Below are positions 16,250-26,121 of a stretch of 64,000 nt of DNA, piece by piece. Origin of the DNA: an uncultured Clostridia bacterium. GTDB lineage: Bacteria > Bacillota > Clostridia > Christensenellales > UBA1242. The stretch spans positions 1,372-65,371 of the forward strand of contig CALVMU010000003.1 of the NCBI GenBank assembly GCA_944348085.1, written 5' to 3'. The translations under genes and the position numbers were made by a program. Under the pieces are notes generated by a model, which was not told the origin of the DNA, searched no databases, and worked only from the letters and a program-made list of their open reading frames with translations. Position 1 is the first letter of the stretch. Each line of letters begins with the position of its first letter.

Positions 16250-17338
16250 TTATGCCAGATAATACAGCAAAACAATCAGTCCCAAAACAAGCAAAACAAT
16301 GAAGATTGTAAGACAGACTTTGCCTGCTGAAACAGGTGTTTTGCCTGCAACTTTTCCATTTTCGCCATTTACAAAAAAGTTGTAAAGTTTGTTTTTATAT
16401 TTATAATGCCCCACATAAATTGGCACCAAAACATATTTATACTGCTCATTTGAAAACTTTGTGCTTACATTTAAAGAATATTTGACATCATAATCATATT
16501 TCTTTAATATAGACGACTCAATGCTCAGCCTCATCAAGTTTTGGCTTTCTTGCCAACATGCATCGCCTTGTTTGTCGTAAGTGTTTGCGCCAAAGCCAAG
16601 CAAATATTCTGGTTTGTAACTGAGCGCCTGCTTAGTTGAGAATGGCTCTAAGGTTCTGACAACTTCAATCGGAATTTTTGAAGAGGCTTGAACAACAAAA
16701 TCGTCAAAAAACTGGTCATAAGAGCCTGAAATATTGAAAACTTTGGTCCTTGTTTCAGTCACCATTTTTCCATTTACAATATGGTTGACAATATAATTTT
16801 TGCCGAGCCTTCCACTATATGCGCTAAGCGTCAAACAGTCAAAAGTAAAGACTGGATTGTAAATCCCATGTATGTTTTCAGGTTTTGCGCTCTTTTTAAA
16901 TTTTCTTGGCGCATACAATTTGCGTTTCACAAACTTTAGCGCGCATTGTCCTGCCATTTTTTTGTCAAGCTTGAAAGGAACAATACCTTGAGGTTTAAGC
17001 CCTGGAAGTTCTTCAATTTTTACCACATTTTTTGTTCCACAAAATGGACAAACATGCGAAACTTTTTGATTTTCAATGATTTCTTTTGCTCCGCAGCTTT
17101 GGCACTGATAGACCTCAGCCTCTTTCCAAACTTCGCCTTTTGAAATAAGCTCATTTAAATTGCGCTCGACAACAATTTCCTCCTTCTTGTTTTCTATATC
17201 AAAAAGGCTTCCGCAATAAAGGCATTTAAGCTTTTGAGTTTTGGCATCAAAAACACTTCCTCCACCACAATTTGGGCATTTGAATGTTGTCACATCAATG
17301 TTGTCATCTGAATAAAGCTTCTTTTCAATATCAGTCAT
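16250..17338 (-). CDS. zinc-ribbon protein with C-terminal TM anchor (YdjG-like)
   Basis: Two CxxC...CxxC ribbons (CPNCGG..CLYCGS and CQSCGA..CPFCGT). C-terminal TM helix VCLTIFIVLLVLGLIVLLYYL. Confidence 0.6.
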   Translation of the reverse strand: MTDIEKKLYSDDNIDVTTFKCPNCGGGSVFDAKTQKLKCLYCGSLFDIENKKEEIVVERNLNELISKGEVWKEAEVYQCQSCGAKEIIENQKVSHVCPFCGTKNVVKIEELPGLKPQGIVPFKLDKKMAGQCALKFVKRKLYAPRKFKKSAKPENIHGIYNPVFTFDCLTLSAYSGRLGKNYIVNHIVNGKMVTETRTKVFNISGSYDQFFDDFVVQASSKIPIEVVRTLEPFSTKQALSYKPEYLLGFGANTYDKQGDACWQESQNLMRLSIESSILKKYDYDVKYSLNVSTKFSNEQYKYVLVPIYVGHYKYKNKLYNFFVNGENGKVAGKTPVSAGKVCLTIFIVLLVLGLIVLLYYLA

Positions 17339-17349
17339 CAGTTTACCTT

Positions 17350-18381
17350 TTATTTAAGTTTCTTTCCACATTCTGGACAGAATTTTGCATTTGGTTTGAC
17401 TTCGCTTCCGCATTCTGGACAGGTAAGCGCAAGTCTTTCACCACACTCTGGGCAGAATTTTGCACGAGCTGAAACTTGAGCGTTGCAACTTGGACAAACT
17501 CTTCCTGCATGCTGATTTTGCTTTTGAGCGCTTGCCATGTTTTGCATGTTGTTTGCAAAAATGTTTCCAAGTCCCATGCCCATGCCAAGTCCCATGCCTG
17601 CGCCCATTGTTCCGCCTGCCTGACCTGGATTTTTTGCAGCTTCTTTCATCGCCTCAAGGGTCTCAACTTGAGTGTAAACATCAATATTTCCACGAAGCAT
17701 TCCAAGGCTTGTGTTTTTGTCAAGTGCTTTTTCAAGCTCTTCTGGAAGAGAAAAGCTTTCAAACACAAAATTTGTAAGTTTGATGCCAATTGCCTTAAAC
17801 TCTTCAGCAACTTTTGCTTCCACCATTTTTGAAAGCTCTTGCAGGTTTGCCGCCATGTCAAGAACTGAAATTTTGCTTTCACCAATTGCGTCAGAAATTC
17901 CGCTTACAACCATACTGCGCAAATAGTCTGTGATTTGAGATGAAGCAAAGCTTGAAAGTGTGCCACTCAAGTTTTTCATAAACTCATAAGCATCGTCAAC
18001 TTTGAAGGCGTAGTTGCCAAATCCGCGTATGCGAACAGCGCCATAATCCTTGTCGCGAACAATAATTGGATTGACTGTTCCCCACTTTTGATTTGTAAAT
18101 TGTTTTGTGTTGACAAAATAGATGTCTGACTTGAAAGGTGTTTCAAATCCATATTTCCAAGACATAAGTTTTGTCAAAATTGGAAGATTGTCGGTGTCAA
18201 GTTTGTAAAATCCTGGCAAAAAGACATCGGCAAGTCTGCCTTTGTCAACAAAAATTGCCACTTGGCTTTCTCTGACAGTAAGAGCTGAACCTTTGTTTAC
18301 ATGGTCTTTGCTGATTGGATATTTATAGACAATAAGGTCACTGCCTGTGTCTGTCCATTCAATGTTCTTTAAAATTCCCAT
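17350..18381 (-). CDS. SPFH/band-7 domain protein (YdjI-like) with G/M-rich linker and double zinc ribbon
   Basis: The N-terminal 250 aa are typical of the YdjI / virion-core-like SPFH family. The C-terminus has CPSCNA..CPECGE and CPECGS..CPECGK. Confidence 0.7.
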   Translation of the reverse strand: MGILKNIEWTDTGSDLIVYKYPISKDHVNKGSALTVRESQVAIFVDKGRLADVFLPGFYKLDTDNLPILTKLMSWKYGFETPFKSDIYFVNTKQFTNQKWGTVNPIIVRDKDYGAVRIRGFGNYAFKVDDAYEFMKNLSGTLSSFASSQITDYLRSMVVSGISDAIGESKISVLDMAANLQELSKMVEAKVAEEFKAIGIKLTNFVFESFSLPEELEKALDKNTSLGMLRGNIDVYTQVETLEAMKEAAKNPGQAGGTMGAGMGLGMGMGLGNIFANNMQNMASAQKQNQHAGRVCPSCNAQVSARAKFCPECGERLALTCPECGSEVKPNAKFCPECGKKLK

Positions 18382-18477
18382 TTCCTTCTCCTATTTTCTA
18401 ATATATGTATATTTTAACATATTAAGTTTTTTATTGCAAACATTTTGATATAAAATGATTGGGTTAAACTAAAAAAA

Positions 18478-18577
18478 GGCTTATGAGCGCTGAAAATTCT
18501 TTCAGCAAGGGCAAAAAACTTTTTGCCCTAAAAAAATGAAAAATGGAATCCATTTTTCACTTTTTTGCTCATAAGCC
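18478..18577 (-). terminator. compound terminator / four-way-junction RNA element immediately after dnaJ
   Basis: An 11-bp outer stem (18478-18488 with 18567-18577) encloses three perfect hairpins of 7, 9 and 10 bp. On the minus strand the outer stem and the first hairpin are each followed by a T-run. Confidence 0.7.
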
Positions 18578-18579
18578 AC

Positions 18580-19704
18580 CTATTTTTTCATCTTTTTCAA
18601 GAAATTGTTGTATTTTGTATAGTCATTGTCGTTATATCCACTAGCAAGTTGCTCAAGAAGCGCTTTACTGTTTTTGCTGAGCGACTTTGGACATTCTGCC
18701 TTTATCGTGATAAGCAAATCACCATATCTGTCTTTGTTGAGAACTTTGACGCCTCGTCCTTTAAGCCTCATCATTGTTCCACTTGGCGTAAGCTCAGGAA
18801 TGGTCAAGCTATAGTTTCCATTAAGAGTTGGCACATCGACTTTGCCACCTAAAAGAGTTGTTGTGAAAGGCAGATAAAGATCCATATACAAATCATTGCC
18901 CTTTCTTGTCAAAATTGGATGACTTGCAACAGTGATATGCACATTAAGGTCGCCATTTATGCCTTCCTTAAGCGGAGCATTGCCTTCACCTCTCATCCTC
19001 AAGGTCTGTCCATTGTCAATTCCTGCAGGAACTTTGATGGTGATGGTCTTTTGAGTGCGTTTATAACCCTTTCCAGAGCAAGCTTCACATTTTTCTCTGA
19101 CAATTTTGCCTGTTCCTTCACACTTTGGACAAACACTTTCTCTTATTGTTGTGCCAAAAAGAGTGTTTTGCTGAAAACGAACTCGCCCAGTGCCTTGACA
19201 AGAAGTGCAAGTGGTAAATTCTCTGCCATTTTTTGCGCCTGTTCCATTACAGCTAGAACATTTGTCAATCTTGCCAATAGTCACCGTCTTTTCAGCGCCA
19301 AAGCAAGCCTCTTCAAAAGACAAATTCATTGAAATGTTGATATCTTCACCTTTTTGCAAAGTTTGCCTTCCACTTCGGCTTCCACCAAAAGCAGAAAAAA
19401 TATCTGAAAAGATATCAGAAAAGCCACCGCCTCCGCCAAAGAAATCTTCAAAGCCACCTTGCGCGCCACCAGCGCCAAAAGGATTGCCTTCGGCAGAACC
19501 AAACTGGTCATAGTTTGCCCTTTTCTTTGGGTCGCCAAGCACTTCGTATGCTTCATTGATTTCTTTAAACTTGTTTGCGGCTTCTTCTGTTTTATTAAGG
19601 TCTGGGTGATATTTTTTTGCAAGCCTTCGGTAAGCAGATTTAATTTCGTCTTCGCTTGCCCCTTTGTCCACCCCAAGAATTGAATAATAATCTTTATTTG
19701 CCAT
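18580..19704 (-). CDS. dnaJ: molecular chaperone DnaJ
   Basis: J-domain (DYYSILGV...HPD). G/F-rich region. Four CxxCxGxG zinc-finger repeats. Start set at MANKDYY. Confidence 0.95.
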   Translation of the reverse strand: MANKDYYSILGVDKGASEDEIKSAYRRLAKKYHPDLNKTEEAANKFKEINEAYEVLGDPKKRANYDQFGSAEGNPFGAGGAQGGFEDFFGGGGGFSDIFSDIFSAFGGSRSGRQTLQKGEDINISMNLSFEEACFGAEKTVTIGKIDKCSSCNGTGAKNGREFTTCTSCQGTGRVRFQQNTLFGTTIRESVCPKCEGTGKIVREKCEACSGKGYKRTQKTITIKVPAGIDNGQTLRMRGEGNAPLKEGINGDLNVHITVASHPILTRKGNDLYMDLYLPFTTTLLGGKVDVPTLNGNYSLTIPELTPSGTMMRLKGRGVKVLNKDRYGDLLITIKAECPKSLSKNSKALLEQLASGYNDNDYTKYNNFLKKMKK

Positions 19705-20716
19705 AATTTTCCTTTTTATTTTCAATTGCTTTTGAAATCTCATTAGCAATATCTATATAGTTCTCTTCAAAAGTTTTATTGTCTTGCATATGTTCTTCTA
19801 GTTTATCAGCAACTGCAAGTAAAATATCTTTTGAATAGCCCTGCTTTACATGCATTTCAAAAAACCAATCTAGATTTTTTGAGTGCTGCCTTATAAAACT
19901 AAGTTGAATTGCTCGAATCACATACTCACATATAATAGAAAAAATGTCAGAATATGCGTTTTTTGCAAGCACATCGCGCTCTTTTTTAGTTAATTGAGGT
20001 TTATCAATTTCATTCCAATATTTTTCTGTCAATGGATTGACAAATGAGTGAGAAAATTCATGTAAAAAGACAGATTTTTCACCAGCACTATTATATCCCC
20101 AAATATTATCGACATTGCCCTCTTTGTCGCCCATTTTGCTCATAGTGCAAAAGATGTTGTCTCCATTAAAATAGCCATAGCCACCATTTGTCAATAATAA
20201 CGCCAAATTTACAGTAAACTGCTTTCCATCAACCTTCATTTTTAACTTTTGCATAAAAGAAATAACTTCATCAAGATCAAAACATGAATTAAAAGAATCA
20301 ATCTCTTGCTGATAATAATCTTTATGTTGCTGGAAGAATTCTTCGAAATTTGATTCCCTTGCCATAGCTTTCAATTCTTTGAGAAAATCTAAAACCAGTT
20401 TTGATTTTTTGAGCCTATTTGCAAAAGGATATTCATTTTGTCCATGAAAGTTCCACTCGTCATCAACGAAGAGCATAAGTTGAACAGGTGCGTCATAAGA
20501 AAATGAAAGCTTTTCAATAACCTCATTTAACAATTTTATTGCTTTATGGTTTTTAAATTTGGAGAAATATTTGTTAACCTCTTCAAGATATGGGTAATTT
20601 TTTAAATCGGTAACCAAATGATAAAACTTATCATGATAATCAGAAAGTCTTAAACAAATCCCCAACATTTCTATTCTTTTATCGATTTTGACACTTGCTT
20701 TTTTCGTTTCTGCCAT
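19694..20716 (-). CDS. putative zinc metallopeptidase (HExxH), DUF4932-like from memory
   Basis: [10 protein letters not shown] motif. 340 aa. Lies between dnaK and dnaJ. Confidence 0.5.
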   Translation of the reverse strand: MAETKKASVKIDKRIEMLGICLRLSDYHDKFYHLVTDLKNYPYLEEVNKYFSKFKNHKAIKLLNEVIEKLSFSYDAPVQLMLFVDDEWNFHGQNEYPFANRLKKSKLVLDFLKELKAMARESNFEEFFQQHKDYYQQEIDSFNSCFDLDEVISFMQKLKMKVDGKQFTVNLALLLTNGGYGYFNGDNIFCTMSKMGDKEGNVDNIWGYNSAGEKSVFLHEFSHSFVNPLTEKYWNEIDKPQLTKKERDVLAKNAYSDIFSIICEYVIRAIQLSFIRQHSKNLDWFFEMHVKQGYSKDILLAVADKLEEHMQDNKTFEENYIDIANEISKAIENKKENYGK

Positions 20717-20741
20717 AAACCACTCGCTTAAATATGTTTTT

Positions 20742-21077
20742 TTATCTTATTATCTCGCTTTCAAAATATTGCTCTTGAAATTCTGTCAAGGCTCTTATTT
20801 GCTCGTCAGAATAATTTTTATTTTTGTCCATAACGACAAGTTTGTCATCATTATCGTTGGTTCTATGAATGATCGCCTTTACCACTCCTTTAAATTCATC
20901 AAGTGGTTTAAATTCGCCAAGCACATAAGCGTCAAGTTCTTCGCCGTCACCTGAAACTGTGTTTGGAATATAGCCATAATTGACTGGATAAACAAAGCCA
21001 TGTTTTGGATGGCGACTGCCCATAGGTCTGTCCATGACAACTTTGACTGCTTTGCCTAAATATTTGGTGCTATCCAT
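20742..21077 (-). CDS. short inorganic-pyrophosphatase-like protein (111 aa)
   Basis: YPVNYGYIPNTVSGDGEELDAYVL resembles the family I PPase signature with one D-to-E change. GGAGG RBS before ATG 21077. Confidence 0.55.
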   Translation of the reverse strand: MDSTKYLGKAVKVVMDRPMGSRHPKHGFVYPVNYGYIPNTVSGDGEELDAYVLGEFKPLDEFKGVVKAIIHRTNDNDDKLVVMDKNKNYSDEQIRALTEFQEQYFESEIIR

Positions 21078-21155
21078 AATTCTCCTCCCATATTTTGCCA
21101 TCAGGGGCAAGCAAAACAAATTGCTTAAATCCCCTTAAAGCACTTTTTATTAAAA

Positions 21156-22982
21156 TTATTCAACATCAACAACAGGGTCGCCGTCGTTTGAGCCACCAGC
21201 AGAGCCATTGCTGCCGTCACCATTTGGGTTTGCTCCATTTGGATTTGCCGAACTATACATTTTGCTTACAATGCCGTTTGATGCTGTGGTAAGTTCGTCA
21301 AGCGCCTTTTTAACTGTGTCAATATCGTCACTTTCAAACTCTTTCTTAGCTTTTTCAATGGCATCTTGCAATTTTTTCTTGTCATCTTCGCTTATCTTGT
21401 CGCCGTTTTCTTTAAGCATTTTTTCAAGGCCATAAACCATGTTGTCTGCTTGGTTTTTGGTTTCAACAAGCTCTTTTCTCTTCTTATCTTCTTCAGCGTG
21501 AGCCTCAGCCTCTTTGATAGCCTTTTCTATGTCTTCGTCTTTAAGGTTTGAAGATGCTGTGATAGTGATGTTCTGTTCTTTGTTTGTTCCAAGGTCTTTT
21601 GCAGAAACTTTTACAATGCCGTTTGCGTCGATATCAAAGGTAACTTCGATTTGTGGAACCCCTCTTGGTGCAGGTGGAATGTCGGTAAGTTGGAATCTTC
21701 CAAGAGTTTTGTTTTGAGCAGCAAATTCTCGCTCACCTTGAAGAACATGAATGTCAACACCTGGTTGATTGTCAACAGCAGTTGAGAAAATCTGAGATTT
21801 TCTTGTAGGAATGGTTGTGTTTCTTTCAATAAGTTTTGTAAACACTCCGCCCAAAGTTTCAATGCCAAGAGAAAGTGGAGTTACATCAAGAAGAAGCACA
21901 TCTTTGACTTCTCCGCCAAGCACGCCAGCTTGAATAGCAGCGCCGACAGCAACACATTCGTCTGGGTTGATGCCTTTGTATGGTTCTTTGCCAGTGTATG
22001 CTTTTACTGCTTCTTGAACGGCTGGAATACGAGTTGAACCACCCACTAGCACAACCTTATCGATTTGGCTTGTTGAAAGTTTTGCATCAGCAAGAGCGCG
22101 TTTTGAGCAGTCGATTGTTTCTTTTACAAGGTCTTCAGTGATTGCGTCAAATTTTGCACGAGTAAGTTCATATTCCATATGTTTTGGTCCAGTTGCATCA
22201 GCTGAAATAAATGGAAGAGAAATTGTTGTTTTTGGAGTTGCTGAAAGGTCAATTTTTGCCTTTTCTGCAGCCTCTTTAAGTCTTTGCATTGCAAGTTTGT
22301 CGGTTGAAAGATCGATGTTGTTTGTCTTTTTAAATTCTTCAACCAAAAGGTCGATAATTCTGTTATCAAAATCATCACCGCCAAGACGAGTGTTTCCATT
22401 TGTTGACAAAACTTCAAAAACGCCGTCTCCAATTTCAAGAATAGAAACATCAAATGTTCCACCGCCAAGGTCGTAAACCAAAATCTTTTGATTTGAATTT
22501 TCGCCTTTGTCAAGACCATAAGCAAGCGCGGCTGCTGTTGGCTCGTTGATTATTCTGAGCACTTCAAGTCCAGCGATTTTGCCAGCGTCTTTTGTTGCTT
22601 GACGCTGAGAGTCGTTGAAGTAAGCAGGCACTGTGATAACTGCTTGAGTGACAGGTGAGCCGATATAGCTTTCAGCATCAGCCTTAAGTTTTGAAAGAAT
22701 CATAGCAGAAATCTCTTGTGGAGAATATTCCTTGCCATTGAGTTTTACCTTATAGTTTGTTCCCATCTCTCTTTTGATTGATTGAACTGTGTTTTCAGCA
22801 TTGACAATTGCCTGTCTTTTGGCAACTTTGCCGACAAGTCTTTCCCCTTCTTTTGTGTAAGCCACAACTGAAGGTGTTGTTCTGTCGCCCTCAGCGTTTG
22901 CGATAACTGTTGGCTTTCCGCCTTCCATAACAGCCACGCATGAATTTGTTGTTCCTAAGTCAATTCCAATAATTTTTCCCAT
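21156..22982 (-). CDS. dnaK: molecular chaperone DnaK (Hsp70)
   Basis: [17 protein letters not shown] and [10 protein letters not shown] motifs. Full-length at 608 aa. Confidence 0.98.
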   Translation of the reverse strand: MGKIIGIDLGTTNSCVAVMEGGKPTVIANAEGDRTTPSVVAYTKEGERLVGKVAKRQAIVNAENTVQSIKREMGTNYKVKLNGKEYSPQEISAMILSKLKADAESYIGSPVTQAVITVPAYFNDSQRQATKDAGKIAGLEVLRIINEPTAAALAYGLDKGENSNQKILVYDLGGGTFDVSILEIGDGVFEVLSTNGNTRLGGDDFDNRIIDLLVEEFKKTNNIDLSTDKLAMQRLKEAAEKAKIDLSATPKTTISLPFISADATGPKHMEYELTRAKFDAITEDLVKETIDCSKRALADAKLSTSQIDKVVLVGGSTRIPAVQEAVKAYTGKEPYKGINPDECVAVGAAIQAGVLGGEVKDVLLLDVTPLSLGIETLGGVFTKLIERNTTIPTRKSQIFSTAVDNQPGVDIHVLQGEREFAAQNKTLGRFQLTDIPPAPRGVPQIEVTFDIDANGIVKVSAKDLGTNKEQNITITASSNLKDEDIEKAIKEAEAHAEEDKKRKELVETKNQADNMVYGLEKMLKENGDKISEDDKKKLQDAIEKAKKEFESDDIDTVKKALDELTTASNGIVSKMYSSANPNGANPNGDGSNGSAGGSNDGDPVVDVE

Positions 22983-22987
22983 AATGA

Positions 22988-23656
22988 TTAACCCTCCTTT
23001 TTATTGACTATGACTTTTGCATATCTGATAACTTTTCCGTTTAAAACATAACCTGCTTGATATTCATCTAAGATTATGTCATCATCTTTATCAGCAACGT
23101 TCAAAACGGCAATAACGTTGTGAATATGTGGATTGTATTTTTCGCCAATTGAAATGATTTTTTCAACTCCAATCTGAGCAAGCGCATCATTGATTTTGTT
23201 TTCAATCATTTCAACGCCTTTCAAAACATCTGGATCAGAAATGGATTTTTTTGCCTCTTTGAAAGTGTCAAGACATGGCAAAAAGGCTTCGATAACAGAT
23301 GCTTGCCCTGAAAAGCGCGCCTGTTTTAAGTCTTCAATCGTGCGCCGTCTGAAATTTTCAAAGTCGGCTTGAATTTGTCTTGCAAGATTTAAGTATTCTT
23401 CGCTCTTGTCGTTGTCATGCTCGCATCCACATTTGTGCTCGCACTCTTCATGCTCACAGTCGCAGTTTTCATCGCAGTCGCATTCTTCATGCTTGCAACA
23501 ATTTTTGTCATGTTTTTTGTGACACTCTTTGTGATCATGCTCGCACTTGCAGCCTTCACTGCACTTATGCTCATCTGTGCATTTGCATTGGTCTGTGCAG
23601 TCGCAATCTTCACTGCAACCACAGCTTTTCATCTCTTCATTTTGCTCTTTTGCCAT
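22988..23656 (-). CDS. grpE: nucleotide exchange factor GrpE with a Cys/His-rich N-terminal extension
   Basis: The C-terminal 140 aa are typical GrpE (ADFENFRRR ... [14 protein letters not shown]). Residues 12-80 carry 19 Cys and 9 His by my count. Confidence 0.9.
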   Translation of the reverse strand: MAKEQNEEMKSCGCSEDCDCTDQCKCTDEHKCSEGCKCEHDHKECHKKHDKNCCKHEECDCDENCDCEHEECEHKCGCEHDNDKSEEYLNLARQIQADFENFRRRTIEDLKQARFSGQASVIEAFLPCLDTFKEAKKSISDPDVLKGVEMIENKINDALAQIGVEKIISIGEKYNPHIHNVIAVLNVADKDDDIILDEYQAGYVLNGKVIRYAKVIVNKKEG

Positions 23657-24640
23657 TTATTCTCCTTTTAAGTCTTTAAGACTGTCAATCACAATTTTCA
23701 GCGCCGAAGCAATGCCTGCATAGTCCATTCGTTGAGGCCCAAGCACACCAATTGAGGCAAGTTGGTTTCCATCAACACATATCGGAGCCTTCATAACCGC
23801 CCCATCATCGCTGACAACCGCTTCAATTTCTTCACCTTCAACTTTGGCAATGTCGGCAAGTTTTTCTTCATCATCAAGCACATTCAAAACTTTTTTTGCC
23901 TCGTCAACATCTTTGTTTTCAAGCAGTTTTGCAGTGCCCTCGCGGTGAACATCAATAAGACGCGTGTTGTTGAGTTTTTTCAATCCACCAATAAGTGAAT
24001 CTACAACATTTTGGAAGGCTTCAATTTCGCTTTTCATGCCCTCTTCAAGCTGGTCAATATTGTCGATCATAAAGCCGATGCTTTCACCTCTAAAATTTTT
24101 GGTGAGATAGTTTGATGCATCTTCACATTCTTTCGGGTTTGCTTTGATGTTCATCTCCTCTGAAATATATCCAGATTTGGTGCCAATTAAAACCATAACC
24201 TTTTCGCTGAGCATTGGAATGATTTTAAATTCGTCAAGAATAAGATTTTCGATGCCGTTCATCACAACAACAGTTGGATAAGAAGTTGCGTGTGACACAA
24301 TCTTGGCAATTCCGCTGACAATCTCAGTAAGCGATGTCGTTCGAGAAGAAATCAGCGCCTTGACCTCTTCAAGCTCGCCATTTGATGCAGAAGCATTTGA
24401 AAGCAGGTTTTCAACATAATATCGATAGCCCTGCACTGTTGGAATTCTTCCGCCTGAGGTGTGAAGCTGTTTTAAATAGCCCATTGCCTCTAAAGCGTTA
24501 AGCTCATTTCTCAGCGTTGCCGTTGAGCAATCAAGCTTTGCCTTATCTTTGACCGAACCGCTTGTGATTGGCGCGCAGTCTTTGATGTATTCTTCAATCG
24601 CCATGCACAAAATTTGATTTTTTCGCTCTGACAGTTTCAT
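23657..24640 (-). CDS. hrcA: heat-inducible transcription repressor HrcA
   Basis: N-terminal winged helix (LSERKNQIL...PITSGSV). First gene of the dnaK operon, directly downstream of CIRCE. Confidence 0.95.
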   Translation of the reverse strand: MKLSERKNQILCMAIEEYIKDCAPITSGSVKDKAKLDCSTATLRNELNALEAMGYLKQLHTSGGRIPTVQGYRYYVENLLSNASASNGELEEVKALISSRTTSLTEIVSGIAKIVSHATSYPTVVVMNGIENLILDEFKIIPMLSEKVMVLIGTKSGYISEEMNIKANPKECEDASNYLTKNFRGESIGFMIDNIDQLEEGMKSEIEAFQNVVDSLIGGLKKLNNTRLIDVHREGTAKLLENKDVDEAKKVLNVLDDEEKLADIAKVEGEEIEAVVSDDGAVMKAPICVDGNQLASIGVLGPQRMDYAGIASALKIVIDSLKDLKGE

Positions 24641-24665
24641 AAAAACCTCTTTATTCGACTTTTTG

Positions 24666-24692
24666 TTAGCACTCTTTTTGTTTTAGTGCTAG
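24666..24692. promoter_or_regulatory. CIRCE operator (HrcA binding site)
   Basis: TTAGCACTC-N9-TAGTGCTAG against the consensus TTAGCACTC-N9-GAGTGCTAA. It lies 26 nt upstream of the hrcA ATG. Confidence 0.85.
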
Positions 24693-24696
24693 CACT

Positions 24697-24725
24697 ATTA
24701 TATGCAGTTTCAAAAAAATAGTCAA
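24697..24725 (-). promoter_or_regulatory. sigma-A type promoter of the hrcA operon
   Basis: The reverse strand reads TTGACT (24725-24720), a 17-nt spacer, then TATAAT (24702-24697), just upstream of CIRCE. Confidence 0.7.
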
Positions 24726-24852
24726 CTGATTTTGCCAAATTTTAAAAATTTTTTTCAAATTCTTTTTCCGCTGCCTTTTGTCAACAGTTTGCTTCACATT
24801 GTTCTTCTGCGCGATATTTTATACGCAAAGTTTTTGAAAAATCCTCTATCAA

Positions 24853-24888
24853 ACAAAAAACATGGCGCTAAGCCATGCTTTAAAAAAA
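24853..24888 (-). terminator. terminator after the U32 peptidase gene
   Basis: CATGGC-loop-GCCATG with A and T runs on both sides. Confidence 0.5.
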
Positions 24889-24926
24889 TAAGTATAAACT
24901 AGAAAAATATTTTATTAAAACCAATT

Positions 24927-26111
24927 TTAGTTTGCCTTTCTTAAGATGTCGCCTTGTTTTAGGTCGAACGGACAATTTATTGTGACAATTTCTTGAACGC
25001 GTTTGCAGTCATCAATTAGCTCGCCTTTGCTATTTTCAATGCTTGATATTTTGATTTTCTTTAAAAAGCTGTCAGTTGGCGACAAAATCTCAAGCTCGTC
25101 ACCAATTTTAAAGCGGTTTCTCATTTCCACCTTTACTTTGCCACTTTTGCTGTCCTCAACCACCTTTGCAGTAAACTCAGCAGTTTGAATTGGCATGGAA
25201 GTCTCCAAAAATTCCTTGTCGTCACTGCCAAAATAGAAGCCTGTGGTGTATCGTCTATGGCTGGTTTTTTCAAGCTCGGTCTCAAGAGTCTGCAAATCGG
25301 TTTTGTTGTCAAGTGCCCTTCTGTATGCGTTGACAACTGAGGCAACATAATAGTCCGACTTCATCCTTCCTTCTATTTTCAGCGAGGTCACGCCAGCCTC
25401 TTCAAGTTCTTTCAAATGAGCAATCATACAGAGGTCTTTTGAATTTAAAATATATGTCCCGCGCTCGTCTTCTTCAATTGGATATTCTTCCGATTTATTG
25501 ACCTCTCTTATTGTATAGTTCCATCTGCAAGCCTGAACGCAAGCTCCGCGATTTGAGTCTCTGCCAGTCATATAGTTTGACAACAAACATCTGCCAGAAT
25601 ATGAAATGCACATTGCGCCATGCACAAATGCCTCAAGCTCCACCTTGTCCCCAACTGCCTTGGAAATTTCTTTGATTTGGCTGATGCTAAGCTCTCTTGC
25701 AAGCACAATTCTCGTCACGCCCATATCGGCATAAAATTTGGCAGAATATGAATTGTTGACATTTGCCTGCGTTGACACATGCACATTAAGGCTTGGAAAG
25801 TTTTTGCGCATATAAAAAATCATGCCTGTGTCACTGACAATAACGCCGTCAACTTTCGCCCGAACCAAAAGCTCTAGAAATTGGTCAATATTTTTAAAAT
25901 CGCTGTCATTTGCCACAATATTGAGCGTTACATAACCTTTTTTGCCATGCTGATGAAGATATTCCATTGCTTTTACAATCTCATCATCTTCAAAATTGCC
26001 AGCAAAGGCACGCAAGCCATACATTTTTCCAGCAAAATAGACGGCATCTGCACCAAAGTGCACTGCTGTTATCAGTTTATCAAAATTTCCTGCTGGTGCT
26101 AAAAGTTCCAT
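24927..26111 (-). CDS. U32 family peptidase (PrtC/RlhA/TrhP-like)
   Basis: MELLAPAG start. AFVHGAMCISYSGRCLLSNYMTGRDSNRGACVQACRW is the U32 signature. Confidence 0.85.
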   Translation of the reverse strand: MELLAPAGNFDKLITAVHFGADAVYFAGKMYGLRAFAGNFEDDEIVKAMEYLHQHGKKGYVTLNIVANDSDFKNIDQFLELLVRAKVDGVIVSDTGMIFYMRKNFPSLNVHVSTQANVNNSYSAKFYADMGVTRIVLARELSISQIKEISKAVGDKVELEAFVHGAMCISYSGRCLLSNYMTGRDSNRGACVQACRWNYTIREVNKSEEYPIEEDERGTYILNSKDLCMIAHLKELEEAGVTSLKIEGRMKSDYYVASVVNAYRRALDNKTDLQTLETELEKTSHRRYTTGFYFGSDDKEFLETSMPIQTAEFTAKVVEDSKSGKVKVEMRNRFKIGDELEILSPTDSFLKKIKISSIENSKGELIDDCKRVQEIVTINCPFDLKQGDILRKAN

Positions 26112-26121
26112 AATTTTCTCC

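Noticed and set aside
21208-22525. Several 60-133 aa ORFs on both strands inside dnaK. Analogous ORFs lie inside dnaJ, ftsZ, ftsA, murA, murE, murD, yloV, feoB, tsaD, prfB, the SPFH gene and the helicase gene.
   Set aside because: They overlap strongly conserved genes whose motifs are intact. They have low-complexity or odd compositions and no RBS. They are typical shadow ORFs.
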